Source: the human T2T-CHM13v2.0 reference genome, Homo sapiens. Taken from it: a stretch of DNA of 64,000 nt. The DNA lies in assembly GCF_009914755.1 (NCBI RefSeq), contig NC_060948.1, one strand, 5' to 3'. This document shows positions 10,794-25,030 of the stretch, one piece after another. Made by a program: the position numbers and the translations under genes. The notes below the pieces were generated by a model. It did not search any database. It worked only from the letters and a program-made list of their open reading frames with translations, and was not told the origin of the DNA. Each line of letters begins with the position of its first letter. Position 1 is the first letter of the stretch.

Positions 10794-13700
10794 TTGAATG
10801 GAATAGAACAGAATGGAATCAAATCGAATGAAATGGAATGGAATAGAAAGGAATGGAATGAAATGGAATGGAAAAGATTCGAATGGAATGCAATCGAATG
10901 GAATGGAATCGAACGGAATGGAATAAAATGGAAGAAAACTGGCAAGAAATGGAATCGAAATGAATGGAGTGTTATGGAACGGACTCAAAAGGAATTGAAT
11001 GTAATAGAATGGAGTGGAGTGGACTCGAATATAATGGACTGGAATGGAATGAAATCACATGGAATGGGAACGAATGGAATGGAATGGAAAGGAATGGAAT
11101 CGAATGGAAAGGAATCGAATGGAAGGGAATGAAATTGAATCAACAGGAATGGAAGGGAATAGAATAGACGGTAATGGAATGGACTCGAATAGAATGGACA
11201 CGAATGCTCAAATTGAATGGACTCGAATGGAATGGAAACGAAAGGAATGTCATCGAATGGAATTGAATCGATTGGAATGAAATCGCATAGAATGGAGTGG
11301 AATCAAATGGAATTGAATCGAAAGGAAAGGAAGCGAATGGACTGAAATGAAATGGAATGGAATTGAATGGAAAGTAATGCAATGGAATAGAATGGAACGA
11401 AATTTCACGGAATGGAATCAAACTGAATGGAATCAAATCAATGGAATCAAATCAAATGGAATGGAAAGGAATTGAATGGAGTAGATTGGATTGGATGGGA
11501 TTGGAATGAAATGTACTGGAAAGGACTCGAATTTCATGAAACAGAATGGAATGAATTGGAACGGAATGGACTCGAATGGAATGGAATGTCATGGAATGGC
11601 ATCAAATGGAATGGCATCAAATGGAATGGAATCGAATGCAATGGAATGCTATGGAATGGAATGGAATGCATTGGAATGGAATGTCCTCTAATGGAATGGA
11701 TTCGAGTGGAATGGAATCGAATATAATGGAGTCGAATGAAATGGAATTGAAAGGAATGGGATCGAATACAATGGAATATACTGGAATGTAATGTAATGAA
11801 CTCGAATGTAATTGACTGGAATGGAATGTACATGAATGGAATGTAATCGAATGGAAAGTAATCCAATGGAATAGAATCTAATGCAATAAAATCGACTCAG
11901 ATAGAGTAGAATGTAATGGAATGGAGTGCAGTGCAATGGAATGGAATGGAATGGAATGCAATTGAATGGAATGGAATGGAATGGAATGGAATGGAATGGA
12001 ATGGGATGGAATGGTATGGAATGGATAGTAATGGACTGGAGTGAAATGGACTGGAAAGGAATGGACTCAAATTGAAAGGGCTCGAAAGGAATGGAGTCAA
12101 ATGGAATGGTCTGGAATGGAATGAACACGAATGTAATGCAATCCAATAGAATGGAATCGAATGGCATGGAATATAAAGAAATGGAATCGGAGAGAATGGA
12201 AACAAATGGAATGGAATTGAATGGAATGGAATTGAATGGAATGGGAACGAATGGAGTGAAATTGTATGCAGTAGAAGGGAATAGAATGGAATGCAAGCGA
12301 AAGGAAAGGAATGGATTGGAATGGAATGGAATTCATTGGAATGGAAGGGAATGTAGTGTAATGGACAGGCCTGGAATAAAGTGGAATGCTACGGTCTCGA
12401 ATGGAATAAAAATGTATGGAATGGAATGCAATGAAATGGAATCGAATGTCATAGAATGAAATGGAATGCAACAAAATGGAATCCAAAATCATTGACTGGA
12501 AAGGCTGGGTGTCGAAAGGAATTGACTCCAATGGAATGGAATCGAATGGAATGGAAGTGAATAGAATCGAACTAAATCGAATGGAATGGAATTGATAGGA
12601 ACGGAATGGAAAGGAATGCAATGATTTGGCATGGAATGGAATCGAATGGCATCGAATGGAATGGAATGGAATGCAATGGAATGGAATGTATTAGAATGTA
12701 ATGAACTTTAATGGAATGTACTCGAATGGATTCGACTGGAATGGAATGTTCTGGAAGTGAATGGACTCCAATGGAATGGATTCCAAAGGAATGGAATCGT
12801 ACGGAATGGAATCTAATGGAATGGAATTAAATGGAAATGAATCAAATTGAATAGCACGGAATTGAATTGAATGGAATGGAATGCAATGGAATCTAATGAA
12901 ACGGAAAGGAAAGGAATGGAATGGAATGGAATGGGCTGGAATGGAAAGGAATCGAAACGAATGGAATGGAATCGAACTGAAGAGACTGGAATGGAATGCA
13001 CTGGAATGGAAGGGAGTGTAATGGAAGGTTCTCGAAAAAAATGGAATCGAATGGAATGGAATTGAATGGAACGGAATAGAGTCGAATGGAATTGAATGGA
13101 ATGGAATGGACTAGAGTGAAATGGAATCGAACCACAAGGAATGGACAGGAATAGAATGGTCTCGAATTGAATGGAATCGTATGGAATGGCATCAAACGGA
13201 ATGGAATGGACAGCCACGGAATGGAATGCACTCGAATGCAATGGAGTCGAAACTAATGGACTGGAATAGAATGGACTCGACTGGTACGGACTCCAATGGA
13301 ATGGAATCGAATGGAAGGGAATCGAACGGAATGGACTCGAAGGGAAAAGACTGCAATGGAAAGGTCTCGAATGGAATGGAAATTAATGGAATGGAATGGA
13401 ATCGAATGAAATGGAGTCAAAAGGAATGGAATCGAATGGCAAGAAATCGAATGTAATGGAATCGCAAGGAATTGATGTGAACGGAACGGAATGGAATGGA
13501 ATCCAAAGGAATGGAATAGAATGGAATGGAATCGAATGGAAAGGACTCGAATGGAAATCACTCGAATAGAATGCAATTTAATAAAATAGGATCAAATGTA
13601 ATGGAATGGAATGGAAAGGAATCGAAACGAAAGGAATGGAGACAGATGGAATGGAATGGAACAGAGAGCAATGGTATAGAATGGAATGGAATCATCTGGA

Positions 13701-14362
13701 ATGGAATTGAATGGAATGGAATAATATGAAATGGAATGGAATGGAATGGAATGGAATGGAATGCCCTTGAATTAAATGGACTGGAATGGAATGGACTCGA
13801 ACAGAGTGGAATGGAAAGTGTTGAGATAGAATGGAATGGACTCCTTTGGAATGGTGTAGTATGCAATGCAATCGACTGGCAGGGAATCAAAAGGAATGTA
13901 ATGGAATGGACTGGACTGGAATGCAATGGACTCGAATAGATTGGAAACGGAATGCAAAGAAATGGAATGGAATAGTATGGAATGGAATGGAAAGGAATGG
14001 AGTGGAATAGACTAGAGTGGAATGGAATGGACTGGAAAGCAATGGACTGGAATGGAACTTTCTTGAATGGACTGGAATCAAACGGAATGGAATGCAATGC
14101 AATCAAATGGCATGGAATAAAATAGAATGAAAGAGAATCAAATGGAATTGAATCGAATGGAATCGAATGGATTGGAAAGGAATAGAATGGAATGGAATGG
14201 AATGGACTCAAATGGAATGGACTAGAATGGAATGGATTCGAATGGAAGGCAAAGGAATGGAATCTATTGGAATGGACTGTAATGGAATGGAATGGAAGGG
14301 ATTGGAATGGACTCGAATGGAATGGACTGCAATAGAAAGGATTCGAATGGAATGAAAAAGAA
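10794..14362 (+). repeat. DYZ1 unit U4 (3569 bp)
   Basis: Anchor spacing; extra GGAAT before the GCCCTT landmark (~13740). Confidence 0.9.
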
Positions 14363-17300
14363 TTGAATGGAATAGAACAGAATGGAATCAAATCGAATGA
14401 AATGGAATGGAATAGAAAGGAATGGAATGAAATGGAATGGAAAGGATTCGAATGGAATGCAATCGAATGGAATGGAATCGAACGGAATGGAATAAAATGG
14501 AAGAAAACTGGCAAGAAATGGAATCGAAATGAATGGAGTGTTATGGAACGGACTCAAAAGGAATTGAATGTAATAGAATGGAGTGGAGTGGACTCGAATA
14601 TAATGGACTGGAATGGAATGAAATCACATGGAATGGGAACGAATGGAATGGAATGTAAAGGAATGGAATCGAATGGAAAGGAATCGAATGGAAGGGAATG
14701 AAATTGAATCAACAGGAATGGAAGGGAATAGAATAGACGGTAATGGAATGGACTCGAATAGAATGGACACGAATGCTCAAATTGAATGGACTCGAATGGA
14801 ATGGAAACGAAAGGAATGTCATCGAATGGAATTGAATCGATTGGAATGAAATCGCATAGAATGGAGTGGAATCAAATGGAATTGAATCGAAAGGAAAGGA
14901 AGCGAATGGACTGAAATGAAATGGAATGGAATTGAATGGAAAGTAATGCAATGGAATAGAATGGAACGAAATTTCACGGAATGGAATCAAACTGAATGGA
15001 ATCAAATCAATGGAATCAAATCAAATGGAATGGAAAGGAATTGAATGGAGTAGATTGGATTGGATGGGATTGGAATGAAATGTACTGGAAAGGACTCGAA
15101 TTTCATGAAACGGAATGGAATGAATTGGAACGGAATGGACTCGAATGGAATGGAATGTCATGGAATGGCATCAAATGGAACGGCATCAAATGGAATAGAA
15201 TCGAATGCAATGGAATGCTATGGAATGGAATGGAATGCATTGGAATGGAATGTCCTCTAATGGAATGGATTCGAGTGGAATGGAATCGAATATAATGGAG
15301 TCGAATGAAATGGAATTGAAAGGAATGGGATCGAATACAATGGAATATACTGGAATGTAACGTAATGAACTCGAATGTAATTGACTGGAATGGAATGTAC
15401 ATGAATGGAATGTAATCGAATGGAAAGTAATCCAATGGAATAGAATCTAATGCAATAAAATCGACTCAGATAGAGTAGAATGTAATGGAATGGAGTTCAG
15501 TGCAATGGAATGGAATGGAATGGAATGCAATTGAATGGAATGGAATGGAATGGAATGGAATGGAATGGGATGGAATGGTATGGAATGGAGAGTAATGGAC
15601 TGGAGTGAAATGGACTGGAAAGGAATGGACTCAAATTGAAAGGGCTCGAAAGGAATGGAGTCAAATGGAATGGTCTGGAATGGAATGAACAGGAATGTAA
15701 TGCAATCCAATAGAATGGAATCGAATGGCATGGAATATAAAGAAATGGAATCGAAGAGAATGGAAACAAATGGAATGGAATTGAATGGAATGGAATTGAA
15801 TGGAATGGGAACGAATGGAGTGAAATTGTATGCAGTAGAAGGGAATAGAATGGAATGCAAGCGAAAGGAAAGGAATGGATTGGAATGGAATGGAATTCAT
15901 TGGAATGGAAGGGAATGTAGTGTAATGGACAGGCCTGGAATAAAGTGGAATGCTACGGTCTCGAATGGAATAAAAATGTATGGAATGGAATGCAATGAAA
16001 CGGAATCGAATGTCATAGAATGTAATGGAATGCAAAAAAATGGAATCCAAAATCATTGACTGGAAAGGCTGGGTGTCGAAAGGAATTGACTCCAATGGAA
16101 TGGAATCGAATGGAATGGAAGTGAATAGAATCGAACTAAATCGAATGGAATGGAATTGATAGGAACGGAATGGAAAGGAATGCAATGATTTGGCATGGAA
16201 TGGAATCGAATGGCATCGAATGGAATGGAATGGAATGCAATGGAATGGAATGTATTAGAATGTAATGAACTTTAATGGAATGTACTCGAATGGATTCGAC
16301 TGGAATGGAATGTTCTGGAAGTGAATGGACTCCAATGGAATGGATTCAAAAGGAATGGAATCGTACGGAATGGAATCTAATGGAATGGAATTAAATGGAA
16401 ATGAATCAAATTGAATAGCACGGAATTGAATTGAATGGAATGGAATGCAATGGAATCTAATGAAACGGAAAGGAAAGGAATGGAATGGAATGGAATGGAC
16501 TGGAATGGAAAGGAATCGAAACGAATGGAATGGAATCGAACTGAAGAGACTGGAATGGAATGCACTGGAATGGAAGGGAGTGTAATGGAAGGTTCTCGAA
16601 AAAAATGGAATCGAATGGAATGGAATTGAATGGAACGGAATAGAGTCGAATGGAATTGAATGGAATGGAATGGACTAGAGTGAAATGGAATCGAACCACA
16701 AGGAATGGACAGGAATAGAATGGTCTCGAATTGAATGGAATCGTATGGAATGGCATCAAACGGAATGGAATGGACAGCCACGGAATGGAATGCACTCGAA
16801 TGCAATGGAGTCGAAACTAATGGACTGGAATAGAATGGACTCGACTGGTACGGACTCCAATGGAATGGAATCGAATGGAAGGGAATCGAACGGAATGGAC
16901 TCGAAGGGAAAAGACTGCTATGGAAAGGTCTCGAATGGAATGGAAATTAATGGAATGGAATGGAATCGAATGAAATGGAGTCAAAAGGAATGGAATCGAA
17001 TGGCAAGAAATCGAATGTAATGGAATCACAAGGAATTGATGTGAACGGAACGGAATGGAATGGAATCCAAAGGAATGGAATAGAATGGAATGGAATCGAA
17101 TGGAAAGGACTCGAATGGAAATCACTCGAATAGAATGCAATTTAATAAAATAGGATCAAATGTAATGGAATGGAATGAAAAGGAATCGAAACGAAAGGAA
17201 TGGAGACAGATGGAATGGAATGGAACAGAGAGCAATGGTATAGAATGGAATGGAATCATCTGGAATGGAATTGAATGGAATGGAATAATATGAAATGGAA

Positions 17301-17921
17301 TGGAATGGAATGGAATGGAATGCCCTTGAATTAAATGGACTGGAATGGAATGGACTCGAACAGAGTGGAATGGAAAGTGTTGAGATAGAATGGAATGGAC
17401 TCCTTTGGAATGGTGTAGTATGCAATGCAATCGACTGGCAGGGAATCAAAAGGAATGTAATCGAATGGATTGGACTGGAATGCAATGGACTCGAATAGAT
17501 TGGAAACGGAATGCAAAGGAATGGAATGGAATAGTATGGAATGGAATGGAAAGGAATGGAGTGGAATAGACTAGAGTGGAATGGAATGGACTGGAAAGCA
17601 ATGGACTGGAATGGAACTTTCTTGAATGGACTGGAATCAAACGGAATGGAATGCAATGCAATCAAATGGCATGGAATAAAATAGAATGAAAGAGAATCAA
17701 ATGGAATTGAATCGAATGGAATCGAATGGATTGGAAAGGAATAGAATGGAATGGAATGGAATTGACTCAAATGGAATGGACTAGAATGGAATGGATTCGA
17801 ATGGAAGGCAAAGGAATGGAATCTATTGGAATGGACTGTAATGGAATGGAATGGAAGGGATTGGAATGGGCTCGAATGGAATGGACTGCAATAGAAAGGA
17901 TTCGAATGGAATGAAAAAGAA
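14363..17921 (+). repeat. DYZ1 unit U5 (3559 bp)
   Basis: Anchor spacing; shares variants with U3. Confidence 0.9.
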
Positions 17922-20900
17922 TTGAATGGAATAGAACAGAATGGAATCAAATCGAATGAAATGGAATGGAATGAAATGGAATGGAAAGGATTCGAATGGA
18001 ATGCAATCGAATGGAATGGAATCGAACGGAATGGAATAAAATGGAAGAAAACTGGCAAGAAATGGAATCGAAATGAATGGAGTGTTATGGAACGGAGTCA
18101 AAAGGAATTGAATGTAATAGAATGGAGTGGAGTGGACTCGAATATAATGGACTGGAATGGAATGAAATCACATGGAATGGGAACGAATGGAATGGAATGG
18201 AAAGGAATGGAATCGAATGGAAAGGAATCGAATGGAAGGGAATGAAATTGAATCAACAGGAATGGAAGGGAATAGAATAGACGGTAATGGAATGGACTCG
18301 AATAGAATGGACAGGAATGCTCAAATTGAATGGACTCGAATGGAATGGAAACGAAGTGAATGTCATCGAATGGAATTGAATCGATTGGAATGAAATCATA
18401 TAGAATGGAGTGGAATCAAATGGAATTGAATCGAAAGGAAAGGAAACAAATGGACTGAAATGAAATGGAATGGAATTGAATGGAAAGTTATGTAATGGAA
18501 TAGAATGGAACGAAATTTCACGGAATGGATTCAAACTGAATGGAATCAAATCAATGGAATCAAATCAAATGGAATGGAAAGGAATTGAATGGAGTAGATT
18601 GGATTGGATGGGATTGGAATGAAATGTACTGGAAAGGACTCGAATTTCATGAAACGGAATGGAATGAATTGGAACGGAACGGACTCGAATGGAATGGAAT
18701 GTCATGGAATGGCATCAAATGGAATGGCATCAAATGGAATGGAATCGAATGCAATGGAATGCTATGGAATGGAATGGAATACATTGGAATGGAATGTCCT
18801 CTAATGGAATGGATTCGAGTGGAATGGAATCGAATATAATGGAGTCGAATGAAATGGAATTGAAAGGAATGGGATCGAATACAATGGAATATACTGGAAT
18901 GTAATGTAATGAACTCGAATGTAATTGACTGGAATGGAATGTACATGAATGGAATGTAATCGAATGGAAAGTAATCCAATGGAATAGAATCTAATGCAAT
19001 AAAATCGACTCAGAGTAGAATGCAATGGAATGGAGTGCAGTGCAATGGAATGGAATGGAATGCAATGGAATGGAATGGAATGGAATGGAATGGAATGGAA
19101 TGGAATGGAATGGAATGGTGTGGAATGGATAGTAATGGACTGGAGTGAAATGGACTGGAAAGGAATGGACTCAAATTGAAAGGGCTCGAAAGGAATGGAG
19201 TCAAATGGAATGGTCTGGAATGGAATGAACACGAATGTAATGCAATCCAATAGAATGGAATCGAATGGCATGGAATATAAAGAAATGGAATCGAAGAGAA
19301 TGGAAACAAATGGAATGGAATTGAGTGGAATCGAATTGAATGGAATGGGAACGAATGGAGTGAAATTGTATGCAGTAGAAGAGAATAGAATGGAATGCAA
19401 GCGAAAGGAAAGGAATGGATTGGAATGGAATGGAATTCATTGGAATGGAAGGGAATGTAGTGTAATGGACAGGCCTGGAATAAAGTGGAATGCTACGGTC
19501 TCGAATGGAATAAAAATGTATGGAATGGAATGCAATGAAACGGAATCGAATGTCATAGAATGTAATGGAATGCAAAAAAATGGAATCCAAAATCATTGAC
19601 TGGAAAGGCTGGGTGTCGAAAGGAATTGACTCCAATGGAATGGAATCGAATGGAATGGAAGTGAATAGAATCGAACTAAATCGAATGGAATGGAATTGAT
19701 AGGAACGGAATGGAAAGGAATGCAATGATTTGGCATGGAATGGAATCGAATGGCATCGAATGGAATGGAATGGAATGCAATGGAATGGAATGTATTAGAA
19801 TGTAATGAACTTTAATGGAATGTACTCGAATGGATTCGACTGGAATGGAATGTTCTGGAAGTGAATGGACTCCAATGGAATGGATTCCAAAGGAATGGAA
19901 TCGTACGGAATGGAATCTAATGGAATGGAATTAAATGGAAATGAATCAAATTGAATAGCACGGAATTGAATTGAATGAAATGGAATGCAATGGAATCTAA
20001 TGAAACGGAAAGGAAAGGAATGGAATGGAATGGAATGGGCTGGAATGGAAAGGAATCGAAACGAATGGAATGGAATCGAACTGAAGAGACTGGAATGGAA
20101 TGCACTGGAATGGAAGGGAGTGTAATGGAAGGTTCTCGAAAAAAATGGAATCGAATGGAATGGAATTGAATGGAAAGGAATAGAGTCGAATGAAATTGAA
20201 TGGAATGGAATGGACTAGAGTGAAATGGAATCGAACCACAAGGAATGGACAGGAATAGAATGGTCTCGAATTGAATGGAATCGTATGGAATGGCATCAAA
20301 CGGAATGGAATGGACAGCCACGGAATGGAATGCACTCGAATGCAATGGAGTCGAAACTAATGGACTGGAATAGAATGGACTCGACTGGTACGGACTCCAA
20401 TGGAATGGAATCGAATGGAAGGGAATCGAACGGAATGGACTCGAAGGGAAAAGACTGCAATGGAAAGGTCTGGAATGGAATGGAAATTAATGGAATGGAA
20501 TGGAATCGAATGAAATGGAGTCAAAAGGAATGGAATCGAATGGCAAGAAATCGAATGTAATGGAATCGCAAGGAATTGATGTGAACGGAACGGAATGGAA
20601 TGGAATCCAAAGGAATGGAATAGAATGGAATGGAATCGAATGGAAAGGACTCGAATGGAAATCACTCGAATAGAATGCAATTTAATAAAATAGGATCAAA
20701 TGGAATGGAATGGAATGGAAAGGAATCGAAACGAAAGGAATGGAGACAGATGGAATGGAATGGAACAGAGAGCAATGCTATAGAATGGAATGGAATCATC
20801 TGGAATGGAATTGAATGGAATGGAATAATATGAAATGGAATGGAATGGAATGGAATGGAATGCCCTTGAATTAAATGGACTGGAATGGAATGGACTCCAA

Positions 20901-21461
20901 CAGAGTGGAATGGAAAGTGTTGAGATAGAATGGAATGGACTCCTTTGGAATGGTGTAGTATGCAATGCAATCGACTGGCAGGGAATCAAAAGGAATGTAA
21001 TCGAATGGATTGGACTGGAATGCAATGGACTCGAATAGATTGGAAACGGAATGCAAAGGAATGGAATGGAATAGTATGGAATGGAATGGAAAGGAATGGA
21101 GTGGAATAGACTAGAGTGGAATGGAATGGACTGGAAAGCAATGGACTGGAATGGAACTTTCTTGAATGGACTGGAATCAAACGGAATGGAATGCAATGCA
21201 ATCAAATGGCATGGAATAAAATAGAATGAAAGAGAATCAAATGGAATTGAATCGAATGGAATCGAATGGATTGGAAAGGAATAGAATGGAATGGAATGGA
21301 ATTGACTCAAATGGAATGGACTAGAATGGAATGGATTCGAATGGAAGGCAAAGGAATGGAATCTATTGGAATGGACTGTAATGGAATGGAATGGAAGGGA
21401 TTGGAATGGACTCGAATGCAATGGACTGCAATAGAAAGGATTCCAATGGAATGAAAAAGAA
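17922..21461 (+). repeat. DYZ1 unit U6 (3540 bp, divergent copy)
   Basis: Anchor spacing; 15 bp deletion at ~17970, 4 bp deletion at ~19013 and many private substitutions. Confidence 0.9.
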
Positions 21462-24400
21462 TTGAATGGAATAGAACAGAATGGAATCAAATCGAATGAA
21501 ATGGAATGGAATAGAAAGGAATGGAATGAAATGGAATGGAAAGGATTCGAATGGAATGCAATCGAATGGAATGGAATCGAACGGAATGGAATAAAATGGA
21601 AGAAAACTGGCAAGAAATGGAATCGAAATGAATGGAGTATTATGGAACGGACTCAAAAGGAATTGAATGTAATAGAATGGAGTGGAGTGGACTCGAATAT
21701 AATGGACTGGAATGGAATGAAATCACATGGAATGGGAACGAATGGAATGGAATGGAAAGGAATGGAATCGAATGGAAAGGAATCGAATGGAAGGGAATGA
21801 AATTGAATCAACAGGAATGGAAGGGAATAGAATAGACGGTAATGGAATGGACTCGAATAGAATGGACACGAATGCTCAAATTGAATGGACTCGAATGGAA
21901 TGGAAACGAAAGGAATGTCATCGAATGGAATTGAATCGATTGGAATGAAATCGCATAGAATGGAGTGGAATCAAATGGAATTGAATCGAAAGGAAAGGAA
22001 GCGAATGGACTGAAATGAAATGGAATGGAATTGAATGGAAAGTAATGCAATGGAATAGAATGGAACGAAATTTCACGGAATGGAATCAAACTGAATGGAA
22101 TCAAATCAATGGAATCTAATCAAATGGAATGGAAAGGAATTGAATGGAGTAGATTGGATTGGATGGGATTGGAATGAAATCTACTGGAAAGGACTCGAAT
22201 TTCATGAAACGGAATGGAATGAATTGGAACGGAAAGGACTCGAATGGAATGGAATGTCATGGAATGGCATCAAATGGAATGGCATCAAATGGAATGGAAT
22301 CGAATGCAATGGAATGTTATGGAATGGAATGGAATGCATTGGAATGGAATGTCCTCTAATGGAATGGATTCGAGTGGAATGGAATCGAATATAATGGAGT
22401 CGAATGAAATGGAATTGAAAGGAATGGGATCGAATAGAATGGAATATACTGGAATGTAATGTAATGAACTCGAATGTAATTGACTGGAATGGAAAGTACA
22501 TGAATGGAAGGTAATCGAATGGAAAGTAATCCAATGGAATAGAATCTAATGCAATAAAACCGACTCAGGTAGAGTAGAATGTAATGGAATGGAGTGCAGT
22601 GCAATGGAATGGAGTGGAATTGAATGCAAAGGAATGGAATGGAATGGAATGGAATGGAATGGAATGGAATGGAATGGGATGGAATGGTATGGAATGGATA
22701 GAAATGGACTGGAGTGAAATGGACTGGAAAGGAATGGACTCAAATTGAAAGGGCTCGAAAGGAATGGAGTCAAATGGAATGGTCTGGAATGGAATGAACA
22801 CGAATGTAATGCAATCCAATAGAATGGAATCGAATGGCATGGAATATAAAGAAATGGATACGAAGAGAATGGAAACAAATGGAATGGAATTGAATGGAAT
22901 GGAATTGAATGGAATGGGAACGAATGGAGTGAAATTGTATGCAGTAGAAGGGAATAGAATGGAATGCAAGCGAAAGGAAAGGAATGGATTGGAATGGAAT
23001 GGAATTCATTGGAATGGAAGGGAATGTAGTGTAATGGACAGGCCTGGAATAAAGTGGAATGCTACGGTCTCGAATGGAATAAAAATGTATGGAATGGAAT
23101 GCAATGAAACGGAATCGAATGTCATAGAATGTAATGGAATGCAACAAAATGGAATCCAAAATCATTGACTGGAAAGGCTGGGTGTCGAAAGGAATTGACT
23201 CCAATGGAATGGAATCGAATGGAATGGAAGTGAATAGAATCGAACTAAATCGAATGGAATGGAATTGATAGGAACGGAATGGAAAGGAATGCAATGATTT
23301 GGCATGGAATGGAATCGAATGGCATCGAATGGAATGGAATGGAATGCAATGGAATGGAATGTATTAGAATGTAATGAACTTTAATGGAATGTACTCGAAT
23401 GGATTCGACTGGAATGGAATGTTCTGGAAGTGAATGGACTCCAATGGAATGGATTCCAAAGGAATGGAATCGTACGGAATGGAATCTAATGGAATGGAAT
23501 TAAATGGAAATGAATCAAATTGAATAGCACGGAATTGAATTGAATGGAATGGAATGCAATGGAATCTAATGAAACGGAAAGGAAAGGAATGGAATGGAAT
23601 GGAATGGGCTGGAATGGAAAGGAATCGAAACGAATGGAATGGAATCGAACTGAAGAGACTGGAATGGAATGCACTGGAATGGAAGGGAGTGTAATGGAAG
23701 GTTCTCGAAAAAAATGGAATCGAATGGAATGGAATTGAATGGAACGGAATAGAGTCGAATGGAATTGAATGGAATGGAATGGACTAGAGTGAAATGGAAT
23801 CGAACCACAAGGAATGGAGAGGAATAGAATGGTCTCGAATTGAATGGAATCATATGGAATGGCATCAAACGGAATGGAATGGACAGCCACGGAATGGAAT
23901 GCACTCGAATGCAATGGAGTCGAAACTAATGGACTGGAATAGAATGGACTCGACTGGTACGGACTCCAATGGAATGGAATCGAATGGAAGGGAATCGAAC
24001 GGAATGGACTCGAAGGGAAAAGACTGCAATGGAAAGGTCTCGAATGGAATGGAAATTAATGGAATGGAATGGAATCGAATGAAATGGAGTCAAAAGGAAT
24101 GGAATCGAATGGCAAGAAATCGAATGTAATGGAATCGCAAGGAATTGATGTGAACGGAACGGAATGGAATGGAATCCAAAGGAATGGAATAGAATGGAAT
24201 GGAATCGAATGGAAAGGACTCGAATGGAAATCACTCGAATAGAATGCAATTTAATAAATTAGGATCAAATATAATGGAATGGAATGGAAAGGAATCGAAA
24301 CGAAAGGAATGGAGACAGATGGAATGGAATAGAACAGAGAGCAATGGTATAGAATGGAATGGAATCATCTGGAATGGAATTGAATGGAATGGAATAATAT

Positions 24401-25030
24401 GAAATGGAACGGAATGGAATGGAATGGAATGCCCTTGAATTAAATGGACTGGAATGGAATGGACTCGAACAGAGTGGAATGGAAAGTGTTGAGATAGAAT
24501 GGAATGGACTCCTTTGGAATGGTGTAGTATGCAATGCAATCGACTGGCAGGGAATCAAAAGGAATGTAATCGAATGGATTGGACTGGAATGCAATGGACT
24601 CGAATAGATTGCAAACAGAATGCAAAGGAATGGAATGGAATAGTATGGAATGGAATGGAAAGGAATGGAGTGGAATAGACTAGAGTGGAATGGAATGGAC
24701 TGGAAAGCAATGGACTGGAATGGAACTTTCTTGAATGGACTGGAATCAAACGGAATGGAATGCAATGCAATCAAATGGCATGGAATAAAATAGAATGAAA
24801 GAGAATCAAATGGAATTGAATCGAATGGAATCGAATGGATTGGAAAGGAATAGAATGGAATGGAATGGAATTGACTCAAATGGAATGGACTAGAATGGAA
24901 TGGATTCGAATGGAAGGCAAAGGAATGGAATCTATTGGAATGGACTGTAATGGAATGGAATGGAAGGGATTGGAATGGACTCGAATGGAATGGACTGCAA
25001 TAGAAAGGATTTGAATGGAATGAAAAAGAA
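21462..25030 (+). repeat. DYZ1 unit U7 (3569 bp)
   Basis: Anchor spacing; shares variants with U10. Confidence 0.9.
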
